Positions 28,647 to 38,340 of a stretch of 64,000 nucleotides of DNA are shown piece after piece. Both the position numbers and the translations under genes were made by a program. The stretch is from Caldilineaceae bacterium. Lineage in GTDB: Bacteria; Chloroflexota; Anaerolineae; Caldilineales; Caldilineaceae. Under the pieces are notes generated by a model. That model was not told the DNA's origin, did no database searches, and was given only the letters and a program-made list of their open reading frames with translations. The first letter of the stretch is position 1. Each line of letters opens with the position of its first letter. The stretch covers positions 29,227-93,226 of the forward strand of contig JAHBVG010000006.1 in NCBI GenBank assembly GCA_019637695.1, in the 5' to 3' direction.

Positions 28647-30957
28647 TGGGCATTCATCTCCTCTGACCTTTTCCATTGTGGTCAACACAACAGACCGCTC
28701 CCACTCCCTCTCCATCTTGCTCAGGAGCTTGGAGCAGCAGTCTTACCCTCATTTTGAAGTGGTTGTGGTGGTTGGCCCCACCAAAGATGATACGTTGGAG
28801 ATGTTGAGCCGCTACCAGGGCCGACTCCAGGTGTTGCGATGCGATGAAGCCAACCTGAGCAAATCCCGCAACATTGGTCTGCGCGCTGCCCACGGTGATG
28901 TGGTGGCTTTTATCGACGACGACGCCGTGCCCTGTCAGCGCTGGCTGGAGCAGTTGAACCAGATCTTTACCGATCCAGCCGTGGACGCTACCGGCGGCGT
29001 GGTCTATCTGATCCACCCCAATTCGCCCTCGATTCAACACCGGCTGGGCATCACCTCCTCCTTAATGGAGCAGTACTATGCCCGCAAATCGGGATTGGAG
29101 TACCTGGTTCCTCCAGGTCAGGGGCGCCAGTGGTTCACCCGCATGATGGGTACCAACATGGCCTTCCGTCGTCAGGCTATCCTGAATGTAGGGGGCTTTG
29201 ACGAATTCTACATCTGGGTGACTGATGAGACGGATCTGGTGATGCGTATGGTCAACGCTGGTCATCTCATTCACCCAGTTAAAGAGGCGGCTGTCTATCA
29301 TGTACCCGCCTCCAGCCGTAATCGAGTGGTCAGGACCAATATCGGCCGCTGGTGGGTACAGACCCAATCCGCCATCTATTATACCATCCGCAATAACCGG
29401 GATCGGCGCGAAAACGGCCGTGCTGCCGCCATGACAGCCCTTCATCTGATCAACGGCCACTGGCTATGGTACACCCAGATGTGGCGGAATGGGGAGATCT
29501 CTCTAAGACAGATGTTGTGGAAATCGGGGGAAGAAGTCTGGGCCGGCGCGGATGCCCTTACCCGCGCCACCTTCCACCCTCGTCGCCTGATCCCCACTGC
29601 TGAAATTCAAACGCTCCAAAACCGCCATGAACCCATTCTGCCCTTTCCCCGTGAGTATTCCCGCCGACAGGGCAGCGTGGACCCAATCCAGGGACGACAG
29701 CCTGTGATCACCATGCCTGAGCAGCCTTTGCGCCTCTGCCTTACCAGCGGCCTCTACCCACCGGAACGCTTCGACGGAATTGGCCGCCACACCAACGCAA
29801 TGGCTAAGGGCCTCTTTGAACTGGGCCACACTGTCCATGTCATCACCCGATCGGAGCGAGAAGAGGTCACCTTTTACGATGGCGCCTTTGTCCATAAAAT
29901 TCCCTATCGGTTAGATCGTTACCCTCTTTATAGCCACCTGCCGGATCTGCACCACTCCCTCAATTACAGCCATGCCCTGCACGAAAAGGTGAAGCAGCTG
30001 ATTTTGAACGATGGGATTCAGATAGTAGACTCTCCTCTGTGGCAGATGGAGGCCCTGGTCACCGCGGTGAGCGATCTGCTGCCCGTGGTGGTACGGTTGC
30101 AGACCAGTGTGCGTAAAGTCACCGATATCCAGCGGGATCAGGATGAGGGCAAGCGGCTCATCGGCGAGATGGAACGGGCGCTGCTGGAGCGGGCAGCCTA
30201 TCTTGTCCCTAATTCCCAGGCGGTCATCCAGATGGTGCGGCAACTCTACGTTGACACCCAGGACAAACCCTATCAGATCATTCCCCACGGCATTGAGCCA
30301 GTCGAAGAGGAATGGGTCTCGCCCTTCCCCCTGGAGCGGCCCCCCGCCCAGTTGAGCGTACTCTATGTAGGGCGATTGGAGCGGCGCAAGGGCATTCAGG
30401 CCCTCTTTCAAGCCATTCCCGCAGTTTTGGACAAAGCGCCCAATACCTTTTTCCTCATCGCCGGTCAGGACAACAGCCAACATGACGGCTTTCAGAGGCG
30501 TACGGGCTACACATACCCCGACTTCTTCGCGACCAGATATCCCCGCTTAAAGGATCGGGTGAAGTTTCTAGGAGAGGTGAGCGATAAGGAGAAGAACGAA
30601 CTCTACCGTACCTGCGATCTCTTTGTGGCCCCTTCTCTCTACGAATCTTTTGGGCTGATTTATCTGGAGGCCATGAATTACGCCAAACCTGTGATCGGTT
30701 GCCGGGCTGGCGGCATTCCAGAGGTGGTGGATGATGGGGTCAACGGCTTGCTAGTAGAGCCGGACGCAGCCCCGCCCCTGGCCGAAGCGATTGTGTCTCT
30801 GCTCAACGCGCCGATGCGGCTCCACGATATGGGTTTAGCAGGCCGACAACGTCTGTTGGAGCGCTTTACATATCTTCAAATGGCGAAAGGCTTTGAAGCT
30901 GTCTACCGGCAGGCGATTGTCCACCATCAAGCATCCGTACAAGTCCGTGCAAACTGA
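28633..30957 (+). CDS. bifunctional glycosyltransferase: N-terminal GT2 module fused to a C-terminal GT4 module
   Basis: GT2: 'FSIVVNTTDRSHSL', 'VAFIDDDAVPCQRWL'. GT4: 'LRLCLTSGLYPPERFDGIGRHT' ... 'APSLYESFGLIYLEAMNYAKPVIGCRAGGIPEVV'. Confidence 0.85.
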   Translation: MMNVNGHSSPLTFSIVVNTTDRSHSLSILLRSLEQQSYPHFEVVVVVGPTKDDTLEMLSRYQGRLQVLRCDEANLSKSRNIGLRAAHGDVVAFIDDDAVPCQRWLEQLNQIFTDPAVDATGGVVYLIHPNSPSIQHRLGITSSLMEQYYARKSGLEYLVPPGQGRQWFTRMMGTNMAFRRQAILNVGGFDEFYIWVTDETDLVMRMVNAGHLIHPVKEAAVYHVPASSRNRVVRTNIGRWWVQTQSAIYYTIRNNRDRRENGRAAAMTALHLINGHWLWYTQMWRNGEISLRQMLWKSGEEVWAGADALTRATFHPRRLIPTAEIQTLQNRHEPILPFPREYSRRQGSVDPIQGRQPVITMPEQPLRLCLTSGLYPPERFDGIGRHTNAMAKGLFELGHTVHVITRSEREEVTFYDGAFVHKIPYRLDRYPLYSHLPDLHHSLNYSHALHEKVKQLILNDGIQIVDSPLWQMEALVTAVSDLLPVVVRLQTSVRKVTDIQRDQDEGKRLIGEMERALLERAAYLVPNSQAVIQMVRQLYVDTQDKPYQIIPHGIEPVEEEWVSPFPLERPPAQLSVLYVGRLERRKGIQALFQAIPAVLDKAPNTFFLIAGQDNSQHDGFQRRTGYTYPDFFATRYPRLKDRVKFLGEVSDKEKNELYRTCDLFVAPSLYESFGLIYLEAMNYAKPVIGCRAGGIPEVVDDGVNGLLVEPDAAPPLAEAIVSLLNAPMRLHDMGLAGRQRLLERFTYLQMAKGFEAVYRQAIVHHQASVQVRAN

Positions 30958-30966
30958 GGTGTCAAA

Positions 30967-31701
30967 ATGAAGTCGAACATTGATCCCCAGGACATTCTCC
31001 GGGACATTGAGTTTGAACTGCTCCAGGGGGCTATTCGCCAGGATGAGTTGGGACAGAGTTTGCAGGCTGTGCGCAAATTCCACAGCAACCTGCGCACAGA
31101 ACTGCTGGCCGTGGCTGGTGATACGCTCCAGGGCAGGGAGATCATCACCCGCCAGACTCAATTCAATGATATGCTCTTGAGTCTACTGCAAGAGATGTCC
31201 AGCGATCTGTTGCGCCTGGAACAACAACAGCGTGACCTGGGCCTCTGGCTCCCCAACCACGCTGCGTTGGACTTGGAACCATGCGCCCAGAATGATAGGG
31301 AAGAGAGTCAACCTTCAACCTTGCCAAAGGACACAACAGACACCCTGCCTGAGGAATGGCTGGCCCTGGCGCGTTCCCCGTCCTCTGCTGCTGTGGGCAA
31401 TCCGCTTCTAATGCCTGCGGCAGACCAAAAGGAGGTGGAGCAGGCCATGCAGGCGGAGGCGCTGAGCGTACCAATCCACGTGCGCGGTGCCAACATTCCC
31501 GTCATTGGGGCCATCCTACACAAGATGCGCCGGACGCTGCACAATCTGGTCTATTACTACGTGAATCAGCTTGCCGGGCGGCAGGTACAGGTGAACCAAA
31601 CCTTCGGCGCTGCCCTGCTACGCCTGATGGCGCAGAACGCAGAGCAACAGCAAGAAATTGAGCGTTTGCGCAGCGAGCTAGCTAATAACGGGAAGCAATG
31701 A
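30967..31701 (+). CDS. hypothetical coiled-coil protein sharing a C-terminal motif with the GT2 at 38333
   Basis: 244 aa with no enzymatic motif. The C-terminus reads 'PVIGAILHKMRRTLHNLVYYYVNQLAGRQVQVNQTF...QQQEIERLRSELA'. Confidence 0.5.
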   Translation: MKSNIDPQDILRDIEFELLQGAIRQDELGQSLQAVRKFHSNLRTELLAVAGDTLQGREIITRQTQFNDMLLSLLQEMSSDLLRLEQQQRDLGLWLPNHAALDLEPCAQNDREESQPSTLPKDTTDTLPEEWLALARSPSSAAVGNPLLMPAADQKEVEQAMQAEALSVPIHVRGANIPVIGAILHKMRRTLHNLVYYYVNQLAGRQVQVNQTFGAALLRLMAQNAEQQQEIERLRSELANNGKQ

Positions 31702-31843
31702 TTTCCCCGTCTCCAAGATTTTGAAATGTCCACCATGAATTCCGATCTTTCAAGATCCTGCAAAGTTGAACAAACGATTGAACCAGTTCATTGAGGAAAA
31801 AGCAGAGCGCATGGTCCAGTTGTGCAATTGGCTGAGGTGGTAA

Positions 31844-33115
31844 GTGCGCATCCTCCACCTGATCCAGCGCTATTGGCCGGCGATTGGCGGCGCAGAGACC
31901 CATCTACACGAACTTTCCGCCCGTTTGGTTGAGGATGGACATGAGGTTACTGTCGCCACGACAGACGCGCTCGATTTTGAGATCTTCTGGGATCCGCGCC
32001 GCCGTCGTGTGGCGAAAGCGCAAGAGAGCCGTGACGGTGTGCAGATTATGCGCTTTCCTGTGCGCCATCTGCCCATTCCCCAACTAGGCTATCCAGCCTG
32101 GCGCCGATTGCTCTGGATACTTTCGCGCTTGCGGCCGATCCCTGTGGTGTGGATGGATTACCTGGCCCGGTATACCCCCTATGTGCCCGATCTCTGGCGC
32201 TGGCTCGACGAAACCAACGATCCCTTTGACCTTATCGCAGGGATGACGATCTGCTTTGAACCCTTCTCGACGGCAGGGCTGCGCCTGGCACGCCGTCGCC
32301 GCATCCCCTTTGTCGTCTATCCGCTCACCCATCTGGGCGCAGGTCGCGCGCCGGGCGAGGATGCGCTCAGCCGCTTCTACACCATGCGCCATCAAGTGGA
32401 GACAGTGGTGCAAAGCGATGGATTGGTGGCGCAAACAGAAACTGAGCGAGATTTCTACCTCACGCGTGGATTGTCCCCCGCACGCGCCGTGGTCGGCGGC
32501 CCCGGTCTGCATGTGGATCAACTCCTCGGCGGCGATGGCGAACGGTTCCGCGCACAGCATACGATTTTTGGGCCAATGGTCGCTGCGATTGGCTCGATGA
32601 GCGCAGACAAGGGTACCGTCCACACAGTGGAAGCGGTGCGTCATCTCTGGCAGCAAGGCCATGATGTTGCATTGGTTCTGGCGGGCGCAATCTTGTCCCC
32701 ATTTCGCGCCTATCTGAACCGACTGCCCAGGGCCGATCGCGAGCGCATCCATTTGCTGGGGCCAATCGAGGATAGCACCAAGCTCGATCTGCTGGCTGCC
32801 GCCGATCTCCTCGCTATGCCCTCGCGCACTGATTCTTTTGGGATTGCTTACCTGGAAGCATGGGTCTACAATAAGCCCGTGATTGGCGCACGCGCCTGGG
32901 GCATAGATCGGCTGATCGAGGATGGCGCCGATGGCCTGCTTGTGCCTTTTGGCGACATCGTTGCTCTCTCCGATGCCATCGCCCATCTTCTCAGCGATCC
33001 TGATCTGCGCCTGGCAATGGGCCGCGCAGGCAGAGCCAAAGTAGAACAGTGCCATACATGGTCGCACAAATATCAGATCACAGCCGAACTCTACGCGCAG
33101 TTAGTCGCCAGATGA
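31844..33115 (+). CDS. glycosyltransferase family 4
   Basis: GTG start after a gaggtgg RBS. 'RILHLIQRYWPAIGGAETH' ... 'MPSRTDSFGIAYLEAWVYNKPVIGARAWGIDRLIEDGADGLLV'. Confidence 0.85.
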   Translation: MRILHLIQRYWPAIGGAETHLHELSARLVEDGHEVTVATTDALDFEIFWDPRRRRVAKAQESRDGVQIMRFPVRHLPIPQLGYPAWRRLLWILSRLRPIPVVWMDYLARYTPYVPDLWRWLDETNDPFDLIAGMTICFEPFSTAGLRLARRRRIPFVVYPLTHLGAGRAPGEDALSRFYTMRHQVETVVQSDGLVAQTETERDFYLTRGLSPARAVVGGPGLHVDQLLGGDGERFRAQHTIFGPMVAAIGSMSADKGTVHTVEAVRHLWQQGHDVALVLAGAILSPFRAYLNRLPRADRERIHLLGPIEDSTKLDLLAAADLLAMPSRTDSFGIAYLEAWVYNKPVIGARAWGIDRLIEDGADGLLVPFGDIVALSDAIAHLLSDPDLRLAMGRAGRAKVEQCHTWSHKYQITAELYAQLVAR

Positions 33116-34386
33116 GCGACGATCCGCAACTGCGCGTTCTTCATCTTGTCCATCAATATCCGCCAGACTATCTGGGCGGCACAGAACTCTATACCCAAAC
33201 CGTGGCCAAAGCGCTCAGCGCACGCGATTATCCCGTCGCCGTCTTCACCCGGCGCAATGCGGATGGGGTCGGCAGCGAGGATCGTCTGGAGGCGGATGTA
33301 GCCGTCCACATGGCCTGGAATGGATCGCTCACCCCCACCCAACGCTTCCTTTCCACCTTTGGCAACGCCGATCTAGAGCAGGCATTCGGCGGCATCCTCG
33401 AACGCTTTCAGCCTGAATTGATCCATATTCAACATCTGATGGGGTTGCCGATCACCCTCCTCAAACAGATCCGGCGACGGCGCATCCCCTTTGTGGTGAC
33501 GCTCCACGATTTTTGGTGGGTGTGCGCCAACGCGCAGTTGATCACCAATTACAGCGGCGAAATCTGCGATGGCCCCAATTTGTGGATCAACTGCGCGCGA
33601 TGCGCTCTGGCGCGCAGTGGACGCAGCGCGCTCTGGCCGGCCATTCCTCTGCTGGCGGGGATGTTAGCTCGACGCGATACAGTACTCGGCGCCATTCTGC
33701 GAGAGGCCGCCCAATTGATCGCCCCTTCCCACTTTGTCAAAGATTGGTACACAAATCACGGCATCCCAGGTGACCGCATTCAAGTGCTGCCACATGGGAT
33801 CGATCTGCCTGCGCTGCCATCGCTGCGCGCCTCGCACGCCAGACCACGCCTTTTGTACGCGGGTGGTCTGGCCTGGCAAAAGGGTGTCCACGTGTTGATG
33901 GAAGCCTTAGCGGGGATGAATGGAAGCTGTGAACTCTGGATCGCAGGCGACGAAGCCTTTGATCCTGAGTATAGTCGCCGGTTGCGCGCCATTGCCCACG
34001 GATACCCCGACAGCCAGATCTCATTTTTGGGCAAGCTGTCGCGCCAGGATCTCTGGCAAACGTTGACCCGCGTGGACGCTGTCGTGGTCCCGGCGCTCTG
34101 GTACGAAACATTTTCGCTCATCATCCACGAAGCATTTGCCGCCGGGGTACCCGTGATCGCCTCCAATCTAGGCGCGCTGGCCGAAGCCGTCCATCACGAA
34201 GTGGATGGCCTCTTGGTGGAGGCTGGCTCAACCAGGGCATGGCGGCAGACACTCCAACGGCTGATCGATGACCCCACACTGCTAGGGAAGCTACGCCAAC
34301 AGGTGCGTCCACCGTTGGGGGTAGACGAACATATTGCGCGCCTGCAGCGCATCTACACCGAGGTTATCCGCTCGCATGGACAGTAA
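33112..34386 (+). CDS. glycosyltransferase family 4 with a 4-Cys insertion
   Basis: The ATG at 33112 overlaps the upstream stop (ATGA). 'LRVLHLVHQYPPDYLGGTELYT', 'WWVCANAQL...CDGPNLWINCARC', 'VVPALWYETFSLIIHEAFAAGVPVIAS'. Confidence 0.85.
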   Translation: MSDDPQLRVLHLVHQYPPDYLGGTELYTQTVAKALSARDYPVAVFTRRNADGVGSEDRLEADVAVHMAWNGSLTPTQRFLSTFGNADLEQAFGGILERFQPELIHIQHLMGLPITLLKQIRRRRIPFVVTLHDFWWVCANAQLITNYSGEICDGPNLWINCARCALARSGRSALWPAIPLLAGMLARRDTVLGAILREAAQLIAPSHFVKDWYTNHGIPGDRIQVLPHGIDLPALPSLRASHARPRLLYAGGLAWQKGVHVLMEALAGMNGSCELWIAGDEAFDPEYSRRLRAIAHGYPDSQISFLGKLSRQDLWQTLTRVDAVVVPALWYETFSLIIHEAFAAGVPVIASNLGALAEAVHHEVDGLLVEAGSTRAWRQTLQRLIDDPTLLGKLRQQVRPPLGVDEHIARLQRIYTEVIRSHGQ

Positions 34387-37291
34387 CCCCATGTCCGGCA
34401 AACCACCTTCCCCGGCGCTATCTGCCCCCAAAGCTGCGATAGCAGCGTTGCGCGCCGCCCTGCCTCGTTGGAGCCATCTTGAGCGCCCTGTTTTGTTGAT
34501 CATCGGCGATCCTCAGCGTCCAGAGGTCCAGATCCTCGGGCAATCGCTCAGCGCGGACGCCACCGTGATCACGGCGGGTCCTCGTAATCTGCCCGACGAT
34601 CCCACATGGGATCTATGCCTCTGCCTGGATCTACCCGAAGAGGCGCATAGGGGTGAATTCATTGAGAAGTTGGCGCAGCGTTGCGAGCGTCTTCTCTTTG
34701 CGCCACCCTGCCTCATGGCCGACCCGATCCGTCAGGCGGCAGAGTTGCGCGATTGGCTGGGTCTCCTCGCCGAAGCGGGCCTGATCTACGACATTGACGG
34801 CGAGGCATTGCTCTCGCCGAGCGAGGGATTTCTCTTGCGGCGCGCTCAACTCCCTGCGACTGAGGCGTTGGGCTACCTCACCCTGGCGCTACACGAACAG
34901 ACAGCGCGGCTCGACCGCCAGCGCAACATCTCCCTTGCCCAGGACGATCAACTGATCGCGCTGACCCGGCTCAGCCTTGCGCTGGACAAGCAGATCGCGC
35001 AGGCCATGCAACAGCGTGCGCGCCTTGACCAGGCATGGGATGAAGTGAGCGGCAATTGGTCACAATTGGAACAAAGCCCGGGTTATATCCTCTTGAAACG
35101 AGTTCAGCTCGCCCGCGCCAGGGTTGCGCCCCCAGGCAGCCGGCGCGAACAGTTGCTTGAGATGGGCATCGGCTGGGCGCGCATCCTCAACCGACGCGGC
35201 CTGCGCGGACTCGTCAACCACCTGCACGGGGAAATCGGCTGGCGCACCCATTCGTTCACCGCTCGCTTTGATCGTCGCCGTCACTACCATATTGAAACAG
35301 TTGAAATTCCACTCGTCCAACCTCGGCCTGAGATCAACGCCCATCAGTCGCCCGTCGATATTGTGATCTGCGTCCACAACGCGCTGGCGGATCTCCAGCG
35401 CTGTCTGGCTTCTGTCATCGAGCAGACCGCACAACCCTACGCGCTGATCCTGGTGGACGATGGCAGTGACGATCCCACCCGCGCTTATCTGGCCGAATTC
35501 GCCCGTAGCCATCCCGCTGCAACACTTCTCCGCAACGAAACGGCCATCGGTTACACGCGCGCCGCCAACCAGGGGATGCGTCACAGTCGCGCTGATTTTG
35601 TGCTGTTGCTCAACAGCGACACGCGGGTTACGCCGGGCTGGCTGGATCGGTTGGTCGCCTGCGCTGAATCCGATCCTGAGATCGGGATCGTGGGGCCGCT
35701 TTCCAATACAGCTTCCTGGCAGTCGATACCCGACATCGCCCTGGGGGCGGATTGGGCTGAGAATCCACTGCCCACCGGTATGGATCTGAATGGATGGGCT
35801 ACCCAATTGGCGGCAGGATCAGCGCGGCTCTACCCGTCCATGCCGCTGCTCAACGGCTTCTGTCTGCTGATCCGCCGGGCGTTGATCGACGAGATCGGCT
35901 TCTTTGATGAGCAGATCTTCGGCGCAGGCTACGGTGAGGAGAACGATTACGCGCTGCGCGCCCGCGCCGCCAGTTGGAAGTTGGCGCTGGCCGACGATAC
36001 CTATATCTACCATGCTCAGTCGCGCAGTTACTCGCATGAACGACGCAAACAGTTGAGCGTTCAGGCCGCGACAGCGTTGACGGCCAAACATGGGACAACG
36101 GTGATCGAAACGAGCGTTGATATCTGTCGCGAAGCCCCGATTCTGGAGGGGATCCGCGCTCGCGCGGCGGCTCTGCCAGATCGCGCACGGACGCTCGCCC
36201 AGGGGCGCAATCGTTTCGCAGGGCGGCGCGTACTCTTCCTCCTTCCCGTGGACAGCCCTGGCGGCGGGGCCAACGTTGTAATTGCCGAAAGCCGGGCCAT
36301 GCAAGCCATGGGGGTAGAGGTCGCCGTTTTCAATCAGAGAGAAAAACAGCCGGATTTCGAGAAGAGCTACCCCACTCTGGGGATTCCTGTGTACTATGGC
36401 GAACCAACCGATCTGGCTGCGCTGGCCGCCGGATACGACGCGGTGATCGCCACATGGTATACAACCGTCGCATGGATGCAGCCTCTCTCGGCGCGGCGGT
36501 CGCCCCCTGTGTTGGGCTATTATATTCAGGATTTCGAGCCTTACTTCTTTGCGCCCGAAAGCGTCGAGCGCCAGTTGGCGTTGCAAAGTTATACGGCCAT
36601 CCCTCATCTGCGTCTGTTCACCAAAACGACGTGGAACCAACAAGAAGTCTCAAGTCAGGTCGGCGTACAACCTGCGCTGGTTGGCCCTTCTGTCGAAATC
36701 GACCGCTTCCGTCCCCGGCGGCTCGATCCACTCTCCTATGTTGAACGCCCGCTCCGGGTAACGGCGATGGTGCGCCCCAGTTCACCCCATCGCGCGCCAG
36801 ATTTAACAATGCGCCTCTTGCGTCGCCTTTCGCATCGCTACGGTGACGATGTCGAGATCACAGTTTTTGGGGTAAAACCCAACGACCCTGCCCTGGCAAC
36901 CCTGCCCCAAGATTTTCACTGGCAGTTGGCGGGCATCCTTGAACCGGATCGGGTGGCGACCTTGTTGGCGCAGGCCGACATCTTCGCTGATTTTTCCACT
37001 TATCAGGCCATGGGGCTGACAGCCTTAGAGGCGATGGCATCGGGCGCGGCGGTGATTGTTCCACAAAAGGGAGGCGCTATCTCTTTTGTCCGCCCGGATA
37101 CAAACGCGCTGATGGCAGATACCGCCTCCGAGGCGGCCTGCTGGGCCGCGCTGGTGCGCCTGATGGAAGATGATGATCTACGCCGCTGGCTGCGCCAACG
37201 AGCCATCTACGACGCCTGCCGATTTCACCCAGAGCGCGCCGCCTATCAACTCTTAAACATACTCTTTCCTGCACCCGGAGAGCAACGATGA
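34376..37291 (+). CDS. multidomain protein: N-terminal methyltransferase-like (degenerate) domain, coiled coil, GT2 module, GT4-like GT-B module
   Basis: ATG at 34376 (MDSNP...). 'LLIIGDPQ...WDLCLCLDLPEEAHRGEFIEKLAQRCERLLFAPP' resembles class I MTase motifs but lacks GxGxG. A Q/R/L-rich helical stretch runs about aa 165-235. GT2: 'VDIVICVHNALADLQRCL...LILVDDGSDD...LLLNSDTRV'. GT-B: 'RVLFLLPVDSPGGGANVV...'. Confidence 0.8.
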   Translation: MDSNPMSGKPPSPALSAPKAAIAALRAALPRWSHLERPVLLIIGDPQRPEVQILGQSLSADATVITAGPRNLPDDPTWDLCLCLDLPEEAHRGEFIEKLAQRCERLLFAPPCLMADPIRQAAELRDWLGLLAEAGLIYDIDGEALLSPSEGFLLRRAQLPATEALGYLTLALHEQTARLDRQRNISLAQDDQLIALTRLSLALDKQIAQAMQQRARLDQAWDEVSGNWSQLEQSPGYILLKRVQLARARVAPPGSRREQLLEMGIGWARILNRRGLRGLVNHLHGEIGWRTHSFTARFDRRRHYHIETVEIPLVQPRPEINAHQSPVDIVICVHNALADLQRCLASVIEQTAQPYALILVDDGSDDPTRAYLAEFARSHPAATLLRNETAIGYTRAANQGMRHSRADFVLLLNSDTRVTPGWLDRLVACAESDPEIGIVGPLSNTASWQSIPDIALGADWAENPLPTGMDLNGWATQLAAGSARLYPSMPLLNGFCLLIRRALIDEIGFFDEQIFGAGYGEENDYALRARAASWKLALADDTYIYHAQSRSYSHERRKQLSVQAATALTAKHGTTVIETSVDICREAPILEGIRARAAALPDRARTLAQGRNRFAGRRVLFLLPVDSPGGGANVVIAESRAMQAMGVEVAVFNQREKQPDFEKSYPTLGIPVYYGEPTDLAALAAGYDAVIATWYTTVAWMQPLSARRSPPVLGYYIQDFEPYFFAPESVERQLALQSYTAIPHLRLFTKTTWNQQEVSSQVGVQPALVGPSVEIDRFRPRRLDPLSYVERPLRVTAMVRPSSPHRAPDLTMRLLRRLSHRYGDDVEITVFGVKPNDPALATLPQDFHWQLAGILEPDRVATLLAQADIFADFSTYQAMGLTALEAMASGAAVIVPQKGGAISFVRPDTNALMADTASEAACWAALVRLMEDDDLRRWLRQRAIYDACRFHPERAAYQLLNILFPAPGEQR

Positions 37292-38340
37292 AGCGCCGCG
37301 TCCTGCTTCTCTACGAATACAGTGTCGTTGGGCTACCTCATAGCAGCGCCTACCTGCGCCTGCTACGTCCATTTACCCACCCCGCCCTTCGAGAACGATA
37401 CGATACCACGCCCTCGCCGCTTTACAGAGGAGAACAGACTGAGATCGTCATTGTGGATCGCACCTGGCGCCCCGATGTCAGCGGCGATCTGGCGCTGGAG
37501 TTGACGGAATCCGTCGCGCAGAGTGGAGCAAAGCTGCTCTATCAACTCGACGATGATCTCCTCAGCCTGCCCATTACGGCATCCTATACCGCAGCCCAGC
37601 GTGAGGCGGTACATGTCTTTGCTCGTAAAGCCGATGCGCTGCTGGTTTCGACACCGCTCCTGGCCGAACGCATGGCCCCGCTGAATCAGCACATTTCAAT
37701 TGTCCCCAACGCATTGGATGAACGTCTGCTCGTCGCGCCACGGTGCCGCCATGCGCTCCCCTTCCCCGCGGATGGGATCACCATCGGCTATATGGGAACG
37801 CGCACCCACGACGCCGATCTACGCATGATTTTGCCCGCATTGCATCAGTTTGGGCGTCTCTCTCCTCACCCGGTGGAACTGCAAATTGTCGGTGTTGCCC
37901 TGGAATCCGAAACCTGGGCCATGCTTGCATCGTTGCCCTTTCCGGCGCGGCGGATTGACCCGCCGACAACCGAATATCCACAGTTTCTCACCTGGTTCAC
38001 TGGCGCCCTCCACTGGGATATTGCACTGGCTCCATTGGTGGATACGCCTTTCAACCGCGCCAAATCTGATGTCAAGTTCTTGGATTACAGCGCGCTGGGC
38101 GCGGCGGGGATCTACAGCCGCGAACCCGTCTACGGAAGGTCAGTGGAGCATGGCGTGACCGGCTGGCTGGCCGACGCTACCACCGAAAGCTGGACCGAAG
38201 CGCTGGTGACGCTGGCGATACAGCCCGATCTACGCCGGGAACTCGCCGCCAATGCCCACCGCCATTTGAACGAGGCGCGCATCTTGGCCCATCGCCATCC
38301 CGATTGGATCGCTGCACTGGAGGCGGCCTACTATGGCTGA
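37288..38340 (+). CDS. putative GT-B fold glycosyltransferase (divergent)
   Basis: The ATG overlaps the upstream stop. 'RVLLLYEYSVVGLPHSSAYLR', 'ITIGYMGTRTHDADLRMILPAL', 'KFLDYSALGAAGIYS'. No canonical EX7E motif, so the assignment is tentative. Confidence 0.45.
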   Translation: MKRRVLLLYEYSVVGLPHSSAYLRLLRPFTHPALRERYDTTPSPLYRGEQTEIVIVDRTWRPDVSGDLALELTESVAQSGAKLLYQLDDDLLSLPITASYTAAQREAVHVFARKADALLVSTPLLAERMAPLNQHISIVPNALDERLLVAPRCRHALPFPADGITIGYMGTRTHDADLRMILPALHQFGRLSPHPVELQIVGVALESETWAMLASLPFPARRIDPPTTEYPQFLTWFTGALHWDIALAPLVDTPFNRAKSDVKFLDYSALGAAGIYSREPVYGRSVEHGVTGWLADATTESWTEALVTLAIQPDLRRELAANAHRHLNEARILAHRHPDWIAALEAAYYG

